Origin: Crocinitomicaceae bacterium
GTDB lineage: Bacteria; Bacteroidota; Bacteroidia; Flavobacteriales_D; Sanyastnellaceae
Length of the DNA stretch: 64,000 nucleotides
Direction of reading: 5' to 3'
Assembly (NCBI GenBank): GCA_002690915.1
Contig: NZGF01000079.1
Location: forward strand, 29,802 to 93,801
Shown: positions 9,486 through 19,194 of the stretch, piece by piece
How positions within the stretch are numbered: position 1 is the first letter of the stretch
Layout of the letters: each line of letters opens with the position of its first letter
The notes under the pieces: model-generated
Told to the model about the DNA's origin: nothing
Seen by the model: only the letters and a program-made list of their open reading frames with translations
Databases searched by the model: none
Translations under genes and position numbers: made by a program

Positions 9486-10211
9486 ATGACTCGACTCAGC
9501 GTCAACGTCAATAAAATCGCGACCCTGCGAAATGCACGCGGGGGGGGTGTTCCTGATGTGGCGCAGACCGCAGCGCGCATTCAACAATTTGGCGCACAAG
9601 GGATTACCGTGCACCCACGGCCCGACGAACGCCATATAACCTACGCAGATGTGCGGTCATTGCGGGAAGTTGTTACCACTGAATTCAACGTGGAAGGCTA
9701 CCCGTCAGCTTCGTTTTTAGAGCTGGTTTTGGAGGCGCAGCCCGAACAAGTAACACTGGTTCCCGATCCACCAGATGCCCTTACATCTGACCATGGCTGG
9801 AATGTAATTCAGCATCGAAACCTCCTCGAAGAAACCGTTCAATCGTTGCAAGGAGCAGGAATCCGGGTAAGCTTGTTTACCGGAACGGAAGAAGCACAAA
9901 TTGAAGCAGCGGCTTCCATCGGTGCAGATCGCATAGAGCTGTACACTGAACCCTACGCTCAGGCGCACGCCCGAGGCCTTTCCGAGGCCGTGCTGCCCTT
10001 TGCAAGGGCAGCGACCTTTGCCCACACGTGTGGTTTGGGCGTGAACGCGGGCCACGACCTTAACGTCAGCAATTTGAAGCACTTTGCATCCAATGTGCCC
10101 TACCTAGACGAGGTCAGCATCGGGCACGCCCTAATTTCGGAAGCGTTGTACGAAGGTCTGGAAAGGACCGTGAAAACGTACCTCGCCTGTCTGAATATCT
10201 CCAACCCATGA
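9486..10211 (+). CDS. pdxJ: Pyridoxine 5'-phosphate synthase
   Basis: Motifs seen: MTRLSVNVNKIATLRNARGG.PD, ITVHPRPDERHI and AGHDLN. It is the last 242 codons of the 614-aa tracked ORF. An in-frame ATG at 9453 is an alternative start. Confidence 0.9.
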   Translation: MTRLSVNVNKIATLRNARGGGVPDVAQTAARIQQFGAQGITVHPRPDERHITYADVRSLREVVTTEFNVEGYPSASFLELVLEAQPEQVTLVPDPPDALTSDHGWNVIQHRNLLEETVQSLQGAGIRVSLFTGTEEAQIEAAASIGADRIELYTEPYAQAHARGLSEAVLPFARAATFAHTCGLGVNAGHDLNVSNLKHFASNVPYLDEVSIGHALISEALYEGLERTVKTYLACLNISNP

Positions 10212-10990
10212 CGTCAGATCGCCTCGAGCTTTTCAGTCGGGAATTGGGTGAGATCGCTGCGCAGGACCTCATTATCCTGCATGGCTTGCTTGGCACATCA
10301 GACAATTGGCAGACTTTAGGTAAGCGTTTCTCAGAAACGAAACGGGTTCACATGCTTGACCAGCGCAACCACGGTAGAAGCCCTCACCATGCTGAGCACA
10401 GCTACGAAGCAATGGCGGAAGATTTACTGCACTACCTCAATGAACGCAGCATCCAGCGCACTAGCATCATCGGGCACAGCATGGGCGGGAAAACGGCCTT
10501 GATGTTCGCCCATCGGCACCCCGACCGAGTACACAAAATCGTTGTGGCAGACATGGCGGCGCGCGCTTACGTGCCGAAGCATGGACCCATCTTCGATGCC
10601 CTTCTCTCTGCGCCGATTGATACAACGGCAAGTCGGTCCCGTGTAGAGAACCACTTGATGGAACGTCTGAACGACGGAGGTGTGGTGGCCTTTTTGATGA
10701 AAAACCTGCGCCGAGAAAAATCCGGCGGATTCACATGGCGCCCCAACATCGCAGCGCTGGAATCGGCCACTGGTGCTGTAGTGGGCGAAGTTCCCCTGGC
10801 CATGAACACCTTACCCACACTTGCCATTTACGGGGGAAAGTCCGATTACGTCAATACGGACGACCTCAATCAATTCCAATCGGCGTGCATTCAATTCCAA
10901 TCCTATGCAATCGAAGACGCAGGCCATTGGTTACACGCAAGTCACCCAGATGAGTTTTTCGAAGCAGTAGAGGATTTCCTGAGTGCTTAG
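10208..10990 (+). CDS. Alpha/beta-fold hydrolase (YbfF-like esterase)
   Basis: Motifs seen: LIILHGLLGTSDNW, DQRNHGRSPH, the nucleophile elbow GHSMGG and a C-terminal DAGHW. The start overlaps the pdxJ stop as ATGA. Confidence 0.85.
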   Translation: MTSDRLELFSRELGEIAAQDLIILHGLLGTSDNWQTLGKRFSETKRVHMLDQRNHGRSPHHAEHSYEAMAEDLLHYLNERSIQRTSIIGHSMGGKTALMFAHRHPDRVHKIVVADMAARAYVPKHGPIFDALLSAPIDTTASRSRVENHLMERLNDGGVVAFLMKNLRREKSGGFTWRPNIAALESATGAVVGEVPLAMNTLPTLAIYGGKSDYVNTDDLNQFQSACIQFQSYAIEDAGHWLHASHPDEFFEAVEDFLSA

Positions 10991-10993
10991 GGC

Positions 10994-12775
10994 TCATTTA
11001 ATGCTCGTGTCTTTGAGCCATTTGCGGTAGGCGTCAAACAGCGTAGTCTGCGCCACAAAGCCAATGTAGCGTTCTTGATCAACGACGGGCAAAAACACGG
11101 AATTGGTGCGTTCAAAAGCGCGCATGACGTCCTCCATTTTCCCAGTCACTTCAACTGTTACCTCCGGCAATACCATTAATTCATGCACTTTGAGTTTGTT
11201 GTAAAGAGCCTGGTCAAACATCACCTCACGAACGTCCTGCAAGTCAACCACGCCCAGCAAATGGCGGTGACGATCAATCACCGGGAACAGGTTGCGTGAA
11301 CTTCGCTCGATGATGGGAATCAGCTGACCTAGGGTCCAGTGTGGGTTCAAAACTTCAAAGTCGGATGCAACCATCTCATTCAACTTCATCAAGGTAAGAA
11401 CTGACTGGTCCTTATCGTGCGTGAGAAGTTCGCCACGCTCCGCCAATTCTCGAGTGTACACGCTATTGCGCATCCACCATTTCGACAGCTGAAAACTGAT
11501 GCCGGACGTCAACATGACAGGAACGAACAAAGCATAGCCGCCGCTGACCTCTGCTGCGAGTAAAATGGCTGTCAACGGCGCGTGCAAAACCCCCGCCAAT
11601 AAACCTGCAATTCCCGCGAGCACTGCATGACCGATGGGCATGGACCACATTGGACTCATCCAGCCCGAAACCACTGCAAACTGGTACCCAAGCAACCCCC
11701 CACAAAAAATCGCCGGCGCGAAAACTCCCGCCACTCCTCCCGCACTTAAGGTCACTCCGGTAAGGATGGGTTTAAGCGCCCAAGCCAGCATCAAAAAACC
11801 AATCAATGTCCAGCCTTTCGGGTCGATGCGCCGCATGGACATATCCGAAGCCAGAAGTTCCACATGCCCTTTGAACAACGCATTGACCACCTCGTATCCC
11901 TCTCCATAAAGCGAAGGAAAAAGTAAAATGCAGCCCCCAATAACAGCGCCTCCCACCCAAATCCGCAGCCGACTAGACGGGAGCCTGTTCACCGCAGCGC
12001 TTGCCCCCAAATAAAGCCTAGAAAAAACCACGGAACCAGCACCACAGAGCACCCCCAATGGCACATACAAGGGCAAATTGGCCATGCGAAAAGAGTCCAA
12101 ATTCGGAGGGGTCAAGATATTCCCATCCCCCATGAATGCGGTGGCAGTAATGAGCGCAGTAAGGGATGCGAGCAACAGCGGAACCAGCGAAGAGGCCGTC
12201 AGGTCAATCATGATGACCTCAACCGCAAAAATGATGGCAGCGACCGGTGCTTTGAAAAGTGCCGCAAGCGAAGCCGAAGCGGCACAGCCAATCAACAGCA
12301 AGCGCCTGTTGAAGGTGCGTTTAGTCTGCCTTCCAATTTCGGAACCAATGGCCGCCGCCGACTGCAATGACGGGCCTTCTAAACCGCCAGAGCCCCCCAA
12401 GCCCACTGAAAGCGAACTCGTAATCAACGGGGCAAACATCCACGTCCGCTTTACGCGTCCATGGCGCTGAGACAGGGCGTGCAGAATGCTTGGAACGCCC
12501 GGACCCGGATGCTCCCCGCGCAACCAGTTCCTTACCACCCACCGGGTGGCCAAAAGTCCGATCAAAGGACCGATGCCCAGCCACCAATTCCACGTCGACC
12601 ATTCCGCAAAACCCGTCATCCCGTCGTGCAGCCCTCCTACCACGCGCTTCAGCAATACTGCGAATAATCCAGCGGCCAATCCAGTAATAACCGCCCACCC
12701 CAAAAGGACTCGATCGGAGGACTTCCAATCCGAATCCACCGTATTCAAAATCAACTTGCGGAGACGCCTCACCAT
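10994..12775 (-). CDS. ClC-family voltage-gated chloride channel/transporter with C-terminal CBS pair
   Basis: Motifs seen: GLGGSGGLEGP, GVAGVFAP and PLTAILLAAEVSGGY. The cytoplasmic tail contains two CBS-like segments. Confidence 0.9.
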   Translation of the reverse strand: MVRRLRKLILNTVDSDWKSSDRVLLGWAVITGLAAGLFAVLLKRVVGGLHDGMTGFAEWSTWNWWLGIGPLIGLLATRWVVRNWLRGEHPGPGVPSILHALSQRHGRVKRTWMFAPLITSSLSVGLGGSGGLEGPSLQSAAAIGSEIGRQTKRTFNRRLLLIGCAASASLAALFKAPVAAIIFAVEVIMIDLTASSLVPLLLASLTALITATAFMGDGNILTPPNLDSFRMANLPLYVPLGVLCGAGSVVFSRLYLGASAAVNRLPSSRLRIWVGGAVIGGCILLFPSLYGEGYEVVNALFKGHVELLASDMSMRRIDPKGWTLIGFLMLAWALKPILTGVTLSAGGVAGVFAPAIFCGGLLGYQFAVVSGWMSPMWSMPIGHAVLAGIAGLLAGVLHAPLTAILLAAEVSGGYALFVPVMLTSGISFQLSKWWMRNSVYTRELAERGELLTHDKDQSVLTLMKLNEMVASDFEVLNPHWTLGQLIPIIERSSRNLFPVIDRHRHLLGVVDLQDVREVMFDQALYNKLKVHELMVLPEVTVEVTGKMEDVMRAFERTNSVFLPVVDQERYIGFVAQTTLFDAYRKWLKDTSIK

Positions 12776-12839
12776 GCGACAAATTTCATTAGAATCATCG
12801 GTAAAGAATTAACTTCGCGGATAAATTGATTAACACTGC

Positions 12840-13673
12840 ATGGCACAACACCGCATCCTTGTCCCGATGGACTTCACTCCTGTGAGTGACATTGCCCTCG
12901 AACACGCCATCGTTGTCGGAAAGGCGTTTAAAAGTGAAATCTTGTTGCTCCACATCATCAGCTCCAAAAAAGAGATGACTGATGCCCGCTTGCGCATGAA
13001 AGCCTGGAAGGATAAGGGAGAATCTGAGTACCCCCACACGGTCCGAACAGCGGTACGCATCGGCTCAATTTTCGAAGATATCGATGACGTCGCTGTTGAA
13101 CAAGATGCAAACCTCGTTATCATGGGCACCCATGGACTCAAAGGCATGCAGTTTTTGACCGGTGGTAGGGCTTTGCGAATCGTGACGAACTGCTCCACGC
13201 CATTCATCATCACCCAAGAGCGAGGCATCAAAGCATCCGGATACGATGACATCGTCGTACCGCTGGACTTGCACCAAGACACGAAGCAAAAGCTTTCCAC
13301 GGTTGCAGAGATGGCCAAGTACTTCAACGGCCGTGTGCACATCATCAGCCCGGCTGAATCGGATGAGTTCCTCCAAAATCAGCTCAAACGTAACATCGAA
13401 TTTTCCAAGGAATACTTCACCGAGCGCGGCATCGAATACACCGTCAAAATTTCCGAACACAGCTCAGGCTCATTCGTTAAGGATGTGGTGCGCTATGCCG
13501 CCTCAATCGAAGCGGATTTGATCAGCATCATGAACCTGCACGAAAAAAGCCTCATGGGCATTCTCGGGCAAACGTACGAGCAACAGATCATCACGAACGA
13601 AGCTCAGGTTCCAGTGCTCATCATCAATCCAATTGAAACCCGAGTCATCCGAGGATCCGTCTTCGCACAATAG
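12840..13673 (+). CDS. Tandem universal stress protein (UspA family)
   Basis: Two Usp halves are visible (ILVPMDFTPVSD...LVIMGTHG and IVVPLDL...LISIMN). It is divergent from the ClC gene. Confidence 0.8.
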   Translation: MAQHRILVPMDFTPVSDIALEHAIVVGKAFKSEILLLHIISSKKEMTDARLRMKAWKDKGESEYPHTVRTAVRIGSIFEDIDDVAVEQDANLVIMGTHGLKGMQFLTGGRALRIVTNCSTPFIITQERGIKASGYDDIVVPLDLHQDTKQKLSTVAEMAKYFNGRVHIISPAESDEFLQNQLKRNIEFSKEYFTERGIEYTVKISEHSSGSFVKDVVRYAASIEADLISIMNLHEKSLMGILGQTYEQQIITNEAQVPVLIINPIETRVIRGSVFAQ

Positions 13674-13677
13674 CAGC

Positions 13678-15480
13678 TCACAGCCGCACGCAGACAACCA
13701 AGACATCGTCTACTTGCTCTTCCTCGCCTTTCCAATCGTGAAAAGCTTGGGCAAGTGCTGCCTCCATTTCGCTGCTGTCGAGGTTTGCGACATGGACCAG
13801 CAATTCACGGAAGCGCTTTCGCATAAATTTCTTGCCTTTTGGACCCCCAAATTGATCTGGGAAACCATCGGTCGCGGCAAAGATGACATCACCGGCCAAA
13901 AGCGGTAAAGTCTGCATTTGATATTGTCGCGTTCCCGGCTCAAAAGATGCGATGGCCATCTTGTCGGGTTTCAGTTCCTGCAGCATGCCCTTGCGCACCA
14001 GGTAAAGCGGACAGTTGGCTCCGCTGTACTCCAATTCCATACGCTCCATGTCAATGCTCACGAAAGCGAGGTCCATGCCATCATTGACCGCAGCGGCGGT
14101 GGCGCTTTCAACTCCAAACCCTCCAGGGCGTAGGAGTGCACAGGCCGATCGATTAAGTTGTTCTAGAACGCGGTCGGGCTGCGTATACACCTTGGTAATA
14201 CGCTCCAAAGCATGATGGCCGATCAGGCTCATGAACGCCCCTGGAACGCCGTGACCCGTGCAATCGATAGCGGAAAACATGCGCACACGGCCCACGGAAT
14301 GGAACCAATAAAAATCACCAGAGACCCCGTCACGCGGTTGGTAGAAGACGGCAGACGAATCAAAGACTTTCGCACGGTCTTTCGCTGAAGGTAAGATAGC
14401 TTGTTGGATCCGCTTGGCGTAATCGATGCTGTCGCGCAAGTCGCCGTAGAGCGATTCGACCACCGCCTTTTGTTCTTGTACTTCCGCTGTTCGCTGATCG
14501 ACTTTGGCTTCCATTTCCCGTTCATTGTTAGCGAGATCATCTCGCATTTTGAGAATGGCCTGTCCGAGTGCGTCGTCCTCACTCAGTGGGGTGTATTCAG
14601 CTTCAAATTGGCCTTGACCAACTTGCAAGCTGAATTCACGGGTTCGACTCAATCCGTCTGCAAGTCGGTTCACCGCAATGGCCATTTCACCAATTTCATC
14701 ATCTGTAGCCTCTACCTTTTTCTCCAAGGGAGCACCCCGCCCCATGTAAATCAAGGCCCGCTTGAGTTCCCCGATGGGTCGGACGATGGACCGCGTCACC
14801 CACCAAGCGATAAGCAAACCAAGGATCAAAATCCCCAATGCCACATTTCCCGCATACAGTTGCAGTTGCGTTCCGAGCGCATCCATTTGTGCCGTCGAAG
14901 AGCGAAGCGCATTGGTCTGGGCCACTGACATACCATCCATGTGACGGCGAATTGACTCTGTGTACGCCGGGATGCTCGAACCGTCTAAAGCGTAATATGC
15001 GGCATCCATCATTGCGATGGGATCATCGTATGCTTGAAAGGACGGCAGCAACCGCATAACCTCGCGGTACACCAAAAACAAGTGTTCAATGTCCCTGCTC
15101 AACGAATCGAATTGCACCTGTAACCCAGGGTCGGACCAATTGGCGACAAGGGGCAAAAGGCCTTGCACTTGTTTGGGAATATCTTCGTCCATCAGCCGCT
15201 GCAACTGGACCTTTTCGGGATCCCGCGGACCGGATTGAACGGAAAGCCAGTGCCGAATGAGAATGCGTGTTTCACTCACCGTTCGGTCCAAGGATTCCAA
15301 TTGCTGGATGCTTGGCGTCAACACACCGTCGATGTGTCGGCTCAGTTGTTGACTTTGATTCAAGGTACTCCGAGTCATCAAGAACAACGCACCTACCGCC
15401 AAGCCGAATACGCCGAAGCCAACGGATATGCGCCATCCGATGCCCCATTGGATTTTTCCGGGAGCGGACATGTGAATCAT
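13678..15480 (-). CDS. Membrane sensor with HAMP domain and SpoIIE/PP2C-family serine phosphatase output
   Basis: It has two TM segments (res ~15-36 and ~212-228) around a ~170-aa helical extracytoplasmic region. A HAMP domain (RSIVRPIGELK...DEIGEMAIAVNRLADGL) and a coiled coil follow. The PP2C/SpoIIE motifs are GVSGDFYW, IDCTGHGVPGAFMS, ATDGFPDQFG and DDVLVV. Confidence 0.85.
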   Translation of the reverse strand: MIHMSAPGKIQWGIGWRISVGFGVFGLAVGALFLMTRSTLNQSQQLSRHIDGVLTPSIQQLESLDRTVSETRILIRHWLSVQSGPRDPEKVQLQRLMDEDIPKQVQGLLPLVANWSDPGLQVQFDSLSRDIEHLFLVYREVMRLLPSFQAYDDPIAMMDAAYYALDGSSIPAYTESIRRHMDGMSVAQTNALRSSTAQMDALGTQLQLYAGNVALGILILGLLIAWWVTRSIVRPIGELKRALIYMGRGAPLEKKVEATDDEIGEMAIAVNRLADGLSRTREFSLQVGQGQFEAEYTPLSEDDALGQAILKMRDDLANNEREMEAKVDQRTAEVQEQKAVVESLYGDLRDSIDYAKRIQQAILPSAKDRAKVFDSSAVFYQPRDGVSGDFYWFHSVGRVRMFSAIDCTGHGVPGAFMSLIGHHALERITKVYTQPDRVLEQLNRSACALLRPGGFGVESATAAAVNDGMDLAFVSIDMERMELEYSGANCPLYLVRKGMLQELKPDKMAIASFEPGTRQYQMQTLPLLAGDVIFAATDGFPDQFGGPKGKKFMRKRFRELLVHVANLDSSEMEAALAQAFHDWKGEEEQVDDVLVVCVRL

Positions 15481-15520
15481 GTCGGCAATTTAACGCGGGA
15501 AAGGCAGCTTTTCGCGCCGG

Positions 15521-16456
15521 TTACTTTTTCTGTAAAACCGCTTCAATCTTACGTTTGTAGACGTCCGAAGCCTCCGGTTGTGAGAGAGCGTAATGCACCG
15601 TCATCAGGCCTTTCAAAGTTTCCAGCCGATCGGGCCGTTGCTGATGAGCTTGCTGCATGGGAACTAGCGCCTGCTCAAATAATCCTACGCAAACGTCTTG
15701 GATTTCCATGAGCTCAAACATCGATGTTTCGTGATTGATGCGCTTGAGCTGGCGCACGCCGTGGTTGTATAGCGTGATAGCGAGATTGTACAAGGTGGGG
15801 TAATGCGATGGCACAAAATTGAGCGAGGTCTCGTAATGGGCGATGGCCCCGTCAGATAGAACCTGTTCTTCCGGAGTACCTGCAAACCGCTCTGTTTCGA
15901 GCAGGCGTGCATGCGCTTGACCAAGGTACCGATGCAAATCCGCTCGTTGTTCGGTCACATTGTAAGCAGGATCCAATGCTTGCAAGACCGATTCGTATCT
16001 GCCCATCAATGCCAAAATCTCAGGCTCAGCCCCGAGGGTAAATCCTTCCACGCGTTCGATAGCCTCTCTAAAAAACGAGCGACCCAAAAAATCCAGGGCA
16101 TCCCGTGCCGTCTCCTCGTCGCTGGCAGACAACGCATTCATCGCTAGCGCACGTTGAAGGCTTCCAACCGCTTTGTTTCGTTCAGCCGCGTCCAATCCAA
16201 AAGCACCGCTCGCCTTAAACTGTTCTTTTTGAACGAATCCCAACACGAACCACGCGCGTGCATCCATGGCATACAGCGCATTTTCCATCTCTGGAGCGAG
16301 TGCAGCGTGCGCCGCATCCCAATTTCCCGCGCGTACGAAGGCCTCCGCACGATCCAGGGAACTTTGGGCGGCGGCTGTCCACGTGCTGAGCACGATGAAA
16401 CCGATTGTGAAGGTGAGAGGGAAGCGGGTAAACAATGGCATCTGCATGGTCTTCAT
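15521..16456 (-). CDS. Exported all-helical TPR-like protein of unknown function
   Basis: It has an N-terminal signal-like segment (FTIGFIVLSTWTAAAQ) and repeated helix-pair patterns. The start shares ATGA with the upstream DUF4154 stop. Confidence 0.5.
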   Translation of the reverse strand: MKTMQMPLFTRFPLTFTIGFIVLSTWTAAAQSSLDRAEAFVRAGNWDAAHAALAPEMENALYAMDARAWFVLGFVQKEQFKASGAFGLDAAERNKAVGSLQRALAMNALSASDEETARDALDFLGRSFFREAIERVEGFTLGAEPEILALMGRYESVLQALDPAYNVTEQRADLHRYLGQAHARLLETERFAGTPEEQVLSDGAIAHYETSLNFVPSHYPTLYNLAITLYNHGVRQLKRINHETSMFELMEIQDVCVGLFEQALVPMQQAHQQRPDRLETLKGLMTVHYALSQPEASDVYKRKIEAVLQKK

Positions 16457-17034
16457 TTTACGGCCCAGGCCATGATTTTATTTCCAATCAACACCCCCTT
16501 TTTAACCGCGTCGGCTGTGTTTATCTCGTACCGGATGCGGTTGCCGGTAGCAACGAAATTAATGACCGCTCCTTGCTCTAATCCGTCCGGCGAATCCGAG
16601 ACCAACACGGTTGGGGTCTCCGCCAAAGCCAGGGCTACGCGTTTCAGTTCTGAGCCTCCTACTTCGCAATACACAAGGTGATGAAATGCATCCAACGGCA
16701 GCTCCTCCGGGCGCTCGTAACCATGAATACGCAGAGGTTGAGCTCCAATCATTTTCATCGCGTATTTGTCCACCAATTCAGCATGTAACCGCTCACTTCC
16801 CACAACGGTCAAATGAAACTCGCCTTCTTTGACCGATGCGGGCCATTCATTTGATGCAGCAAAATGAAACAAGAAATTCGCTTTCGTCACCGCGCGGGTA
16901 TCGGTCTCATCCAATCCACTGGTTGTCCCTTGGCCCATCGCTAGTCCACAAATCACACACGTCATCGCAAGGAAAACACCGCAGCGTCCGTGCCCTGACC
17001 GCTGGAATCTGATAATGTGAGAGGAAAAACGCAC
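16453..17034 (-). CDS. YfiR-like periplasmic protein (DUF4154)
   Basis: Seen: KANFLFHFAASNEWP...HLTVVG...LVYCEV...PTVLVSDSPDGLEQGAVINFV...RIRYEINTADAVKKGVLIGNKIM, which follows the DUF4154/YfiR pattern. I chose GTG 17034 because the tracked start 17181 overlaps ferritin. ATG 16965 is the alternative. Confidence 0.7.
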   Translation of the reverse strand: MRFSSHIIRFQRSGHGRCGVFLAMTCVICGLAMGQGTTSGLDETDTRAVTKANFLFHFAASNEWPASVKEGEFHLTVVGSERLHAELVDKYAMKMIGAQPLRIHGYERPEELPLDAFHHLVYCEVGGSELKRVALALAETPTVLVSDSPDGLEQGAVINFVATGNRIRYEINTADAVKKGVLIGNKIMAWAVK

Positions 17035-17044
17035 GGCAGGTCGT

Positions 17045-17551
17045 CTATGTCGGGGATGAAGCTTTGTCCAAGGTGTTGATGTCCCGATCGAAGAGGTACA
17101 GCACTCCTTTGTCGCCACCGGCCAAGGCCAACTTATCGAGAAGCTTCCGAGCGAGGCCTTCCTCTTCAATTTGCTCCGCAACGTACCATTGCATGAAATT
17201 GTGCGTGGTGTAATCCTTCAAACCCAAACACATGTCTACCACATCATTGATACTGGCCGTAACACGGGTTTCGTGTTCCAAAATCAATTCAAAAATGTGC
17301 TCCAGCCCATTGAACGCAGTTTGCGTCACACTCAGCTCCGGAACCGAAGCCGTTCCGCCGCGCTCGTTCACGAAACGCATCAGTTTCAGCATGTGCTGCC
17401 GCTCTTCCTCAGCGTGGGTGTATAGAAACTCTGCTGTCCCGTCAAAGCCACTGGTTTCCGCCCAAACTGCCATTGCTAAGTAAGCATGGCTGCTCATACC
17501 TTCCAACGCAATTTGGGCATTCAGTGCCCTTTGAATTTTTTCGTGTAGCAT
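17045..17551 (-). CDS. ftnA: Non-haem ferritin
   Basis: Seen: MLHEKIQRALNAQIALEGMSSHAYLAMAVWAE..EERQHMLKLMRFVNERGG..EHE, the ferritin di-iron ligand pattern. The start is ATG 17551, and the tracked N-terminal extension is spurious. Confidence 0.9.
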   Translation of the reverse strand: MLHEKIQRALNAQIALEGMSSHAYLAMAVWAETSGFDGTAEFLYTHAEEERQHMLKLMRFVNERGGTASVPELSVTQTAFNGLEHIFELILEHETRVTASINDVVDMCLGLKDYTTHNFMQWYVAEQIEEEGLARKLLDKLALAGGDKGVLYLFDRDINTLDKASSPT

Positions 17552-17603
17552 GGTTGGTGTTTTTTCCGAAGGTAAGCAACCACTCAGAGGAAACGAAGCA
17601 ATT

Positions 17604-18137
17604 TTATTTTGTTCGCAGTGGCCCCAAAATCCAACGCCACCACCAAGCTTCGTCTTCAAGGGAAGTTCGGACGAGCAGCGTATCCAATTGACGGGCCCTT
17701 TGAACAAGGCCTCCGAGGCGCACGTAGAAATCCTCACGGCCCCGCGCATTCAACTCAGCCTCCATCTCAGCATTCCAATCGGCCAACTCAGCCAATGGCA
17801 CAAGTTCTTGCTGTCGCCGCTTGTGGATGATTGCCATCAACATGGCAAAAGAATCCTCCTCGGCAATGTACCGCATCTGCCGAACCCCGAGGGGTTTCAA
17901 CGCATGCGCCAGTTTCCACTCCACCAAAGACTGAAGTGCATTGTGGGCCCCACCGCGGCTTAAATCTAGGGCGCTCATCACTTCGTCCGTGGTTACCGGT
18001 TGCCGTTGGGTCAGGAGCCAACCGTGCACCGCCAAGGTGTTTTTGGGCACACCCCAATTCGTGCCAGCAGCTACCCAATGCTTCGAAAACTCCAGCTCCC
18101 ATTGGGATTTCGAACCTTCGTTTGTGTTTTTTGACAA
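17604..18137 (-). CDS. GbsR/MarR-like winged-helix transcriptional regulator
   Basis: The N-terminal winged HTH pattern (WGVPKNTLAVHGWLLTQRQPVTTDEVMSALDLSRGGAHNALQSLVEWKL) resembles the Bacteroidota GbsR-type family. The C-terminal part is helical. Confidence 0.65.
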   Translation of the reverse strand: MSKNTNEGSKSQWELEFSKHWVAAGTNWGVPKNTLAVHGWLLTQRQPVTTDEVMSALDLSRGGAHNALQSLVEWKLAHALKPLGVRQMRYIAEEDSFAMLMAIIHKRRQQELVPLAELADWNAEMEAELNARGREDFYVRLGGLVQRARQLDTLLVRTSLEDEAWWWRWILGPLRTK

Positions 18138-18141
18138 ACTT

Positions 18142-19194
18142 TCAATTTTCTGTGAAAGTAGGGAATCTTTTGGGATTTACTTCATCCGGAACGGCCTTAC
18201 GCTCCCCCAGTAACGCTTCAATCGTCCAGCGAGACACCGTGGGTCCGATGGTCACACCCCTTGCGCCCCAGCCCACACAAGCGTGGTAATGAGGCTGTGC
18301 CTTTGAAACTACGCCTAAGATGGGACGACGATCAAAGCAGGTTGGTCGGAGTCCCGCTCGGTGCTCCAGGCATTCCAATTCCTGAGCGTGTGTTCGGGCG
18401 TCCGAGACCCCCTCCATCAAAGCTTCTGGCGTTTTATCCAAGCAAATCGGCTCGTGGATGTCCCAACGGTGGGTCGAACCCACTCGGTACGTTCCATCGC
18501 CTAAGGGCAGTGCCCATGTCACGTTGTTGACGATGCGTTCACCCCACTCCACGGCAGGCTTCACGCGAAGTACTTCTCCGTGGTTTCTTCTCAATTCGAG
18601 ACCAAATGAAGCCAAGTCCTCAACTGCACCAATTCCACGGCAGTCCACAACGGCATCGAATCCTTCCGGACAGCCGTCGTCCATTTTCCAAGCTCGCTGT
18701 TCCCAACATCCGTTCTCCTGCCATTTCGACCGGCTCTTTTTCGTCAGGGCAACGACATTGACCCAACCGGCATCAGGAACCAATCCAGCGCCACAGGGAG
18801 CCTTAATGCTTTTGTGCAGGTTCGCTAAATCCATCACCTCAATGAAAGGGGAGACCCCGTGCCCCCCAGCTGCCCTTTCTGCCCACAGGTCCGCATACTC
18901 TTGATTGGGAAAAATCCTGACGATGGGAACGTTACGCCAGAGGCTCGTTCCAAGGTGCGATTCAATCAACTGGTAGCGTGCGCGTGCTTCATCCTGCTGT
19001 TCCCTCGCATTCCATTGGGGTAAAATTCGCCTGAACGAAACCGGATTCGACATTCCCGCAGCCACATCCGAGGCCGCTGGACTTCCATCACTCCAAACCG
19101 CAAAAGAACAGCCTCGGAAGTGCAATTCCCAGGCAATGAGGCAGCCTGCGAGTCCGTCGCCGACAACCAATACATGTGGAAGTGTAAGGGGCAT
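18142..19194 (-). CDS. FAD-dependent oxidoreductase (DAO / glycine-D-amino-acid oxidase superfamily)
   Basis: It has the N-terminal dinucleotide fold VLVVGDGLAGCLIAWEL and the C-terminal RAGLRP..D..P motif typical of DAO enzymes. The start overlaps the kbl stop (TAATG). Confidence 0.75.
   Translation of the reverse strand: MPLTLPHVLVVGDGLAGCLIAWELHFRGCSFAVWSDGSPAASDVAAGMSNPVSFRRILPQWNAREQQDEARARYQLIESHLGTSLWRNVPIVRIFPNQEYADLWAERAAGGHGVSPFIEVMDLANLHKSIKAPCGAGLVPDAGWVNVVALTKKSRSKWQENGCWEQRAWKMDDGCPEGFDAVVDCRGIGAVEDLASFGLELRRNHGEVLRVKPAVEWGERIVNNVTWALPLGDGTYRVGSTHRWDIHEPICLDKTPEALMEGVSDARTHAQELECLEHRAGLRPTCFDRRPILGVVSKAQPHYHACVGWGARGVTIGPTVSRWTIEALLGERKAVPDEVNPKRFPTFTEN

Noticed and set aside
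9540-9547. A run of eight G within pdxJ, a possible slipped-strand phase-variation tract.
   Set aside because: It encodes the conserved ARGGG segment of PdxJ (cgc ggg ggg ggt). pdxJ is a housekeeping gene, and there are no other contingency-locus features. It is most simply a codon-usage coincidence.
17552-17749. A 66-aa N-terminal extension of the ferritin ORF. There is a similar 49-aa extension of the DUF4154 ORF at 17035-17181.
   Set aside because: The extensions overlap the neighbouring upstream genes. Ferritin homologues start at MLHEKI. The extensions have no signal or family features.
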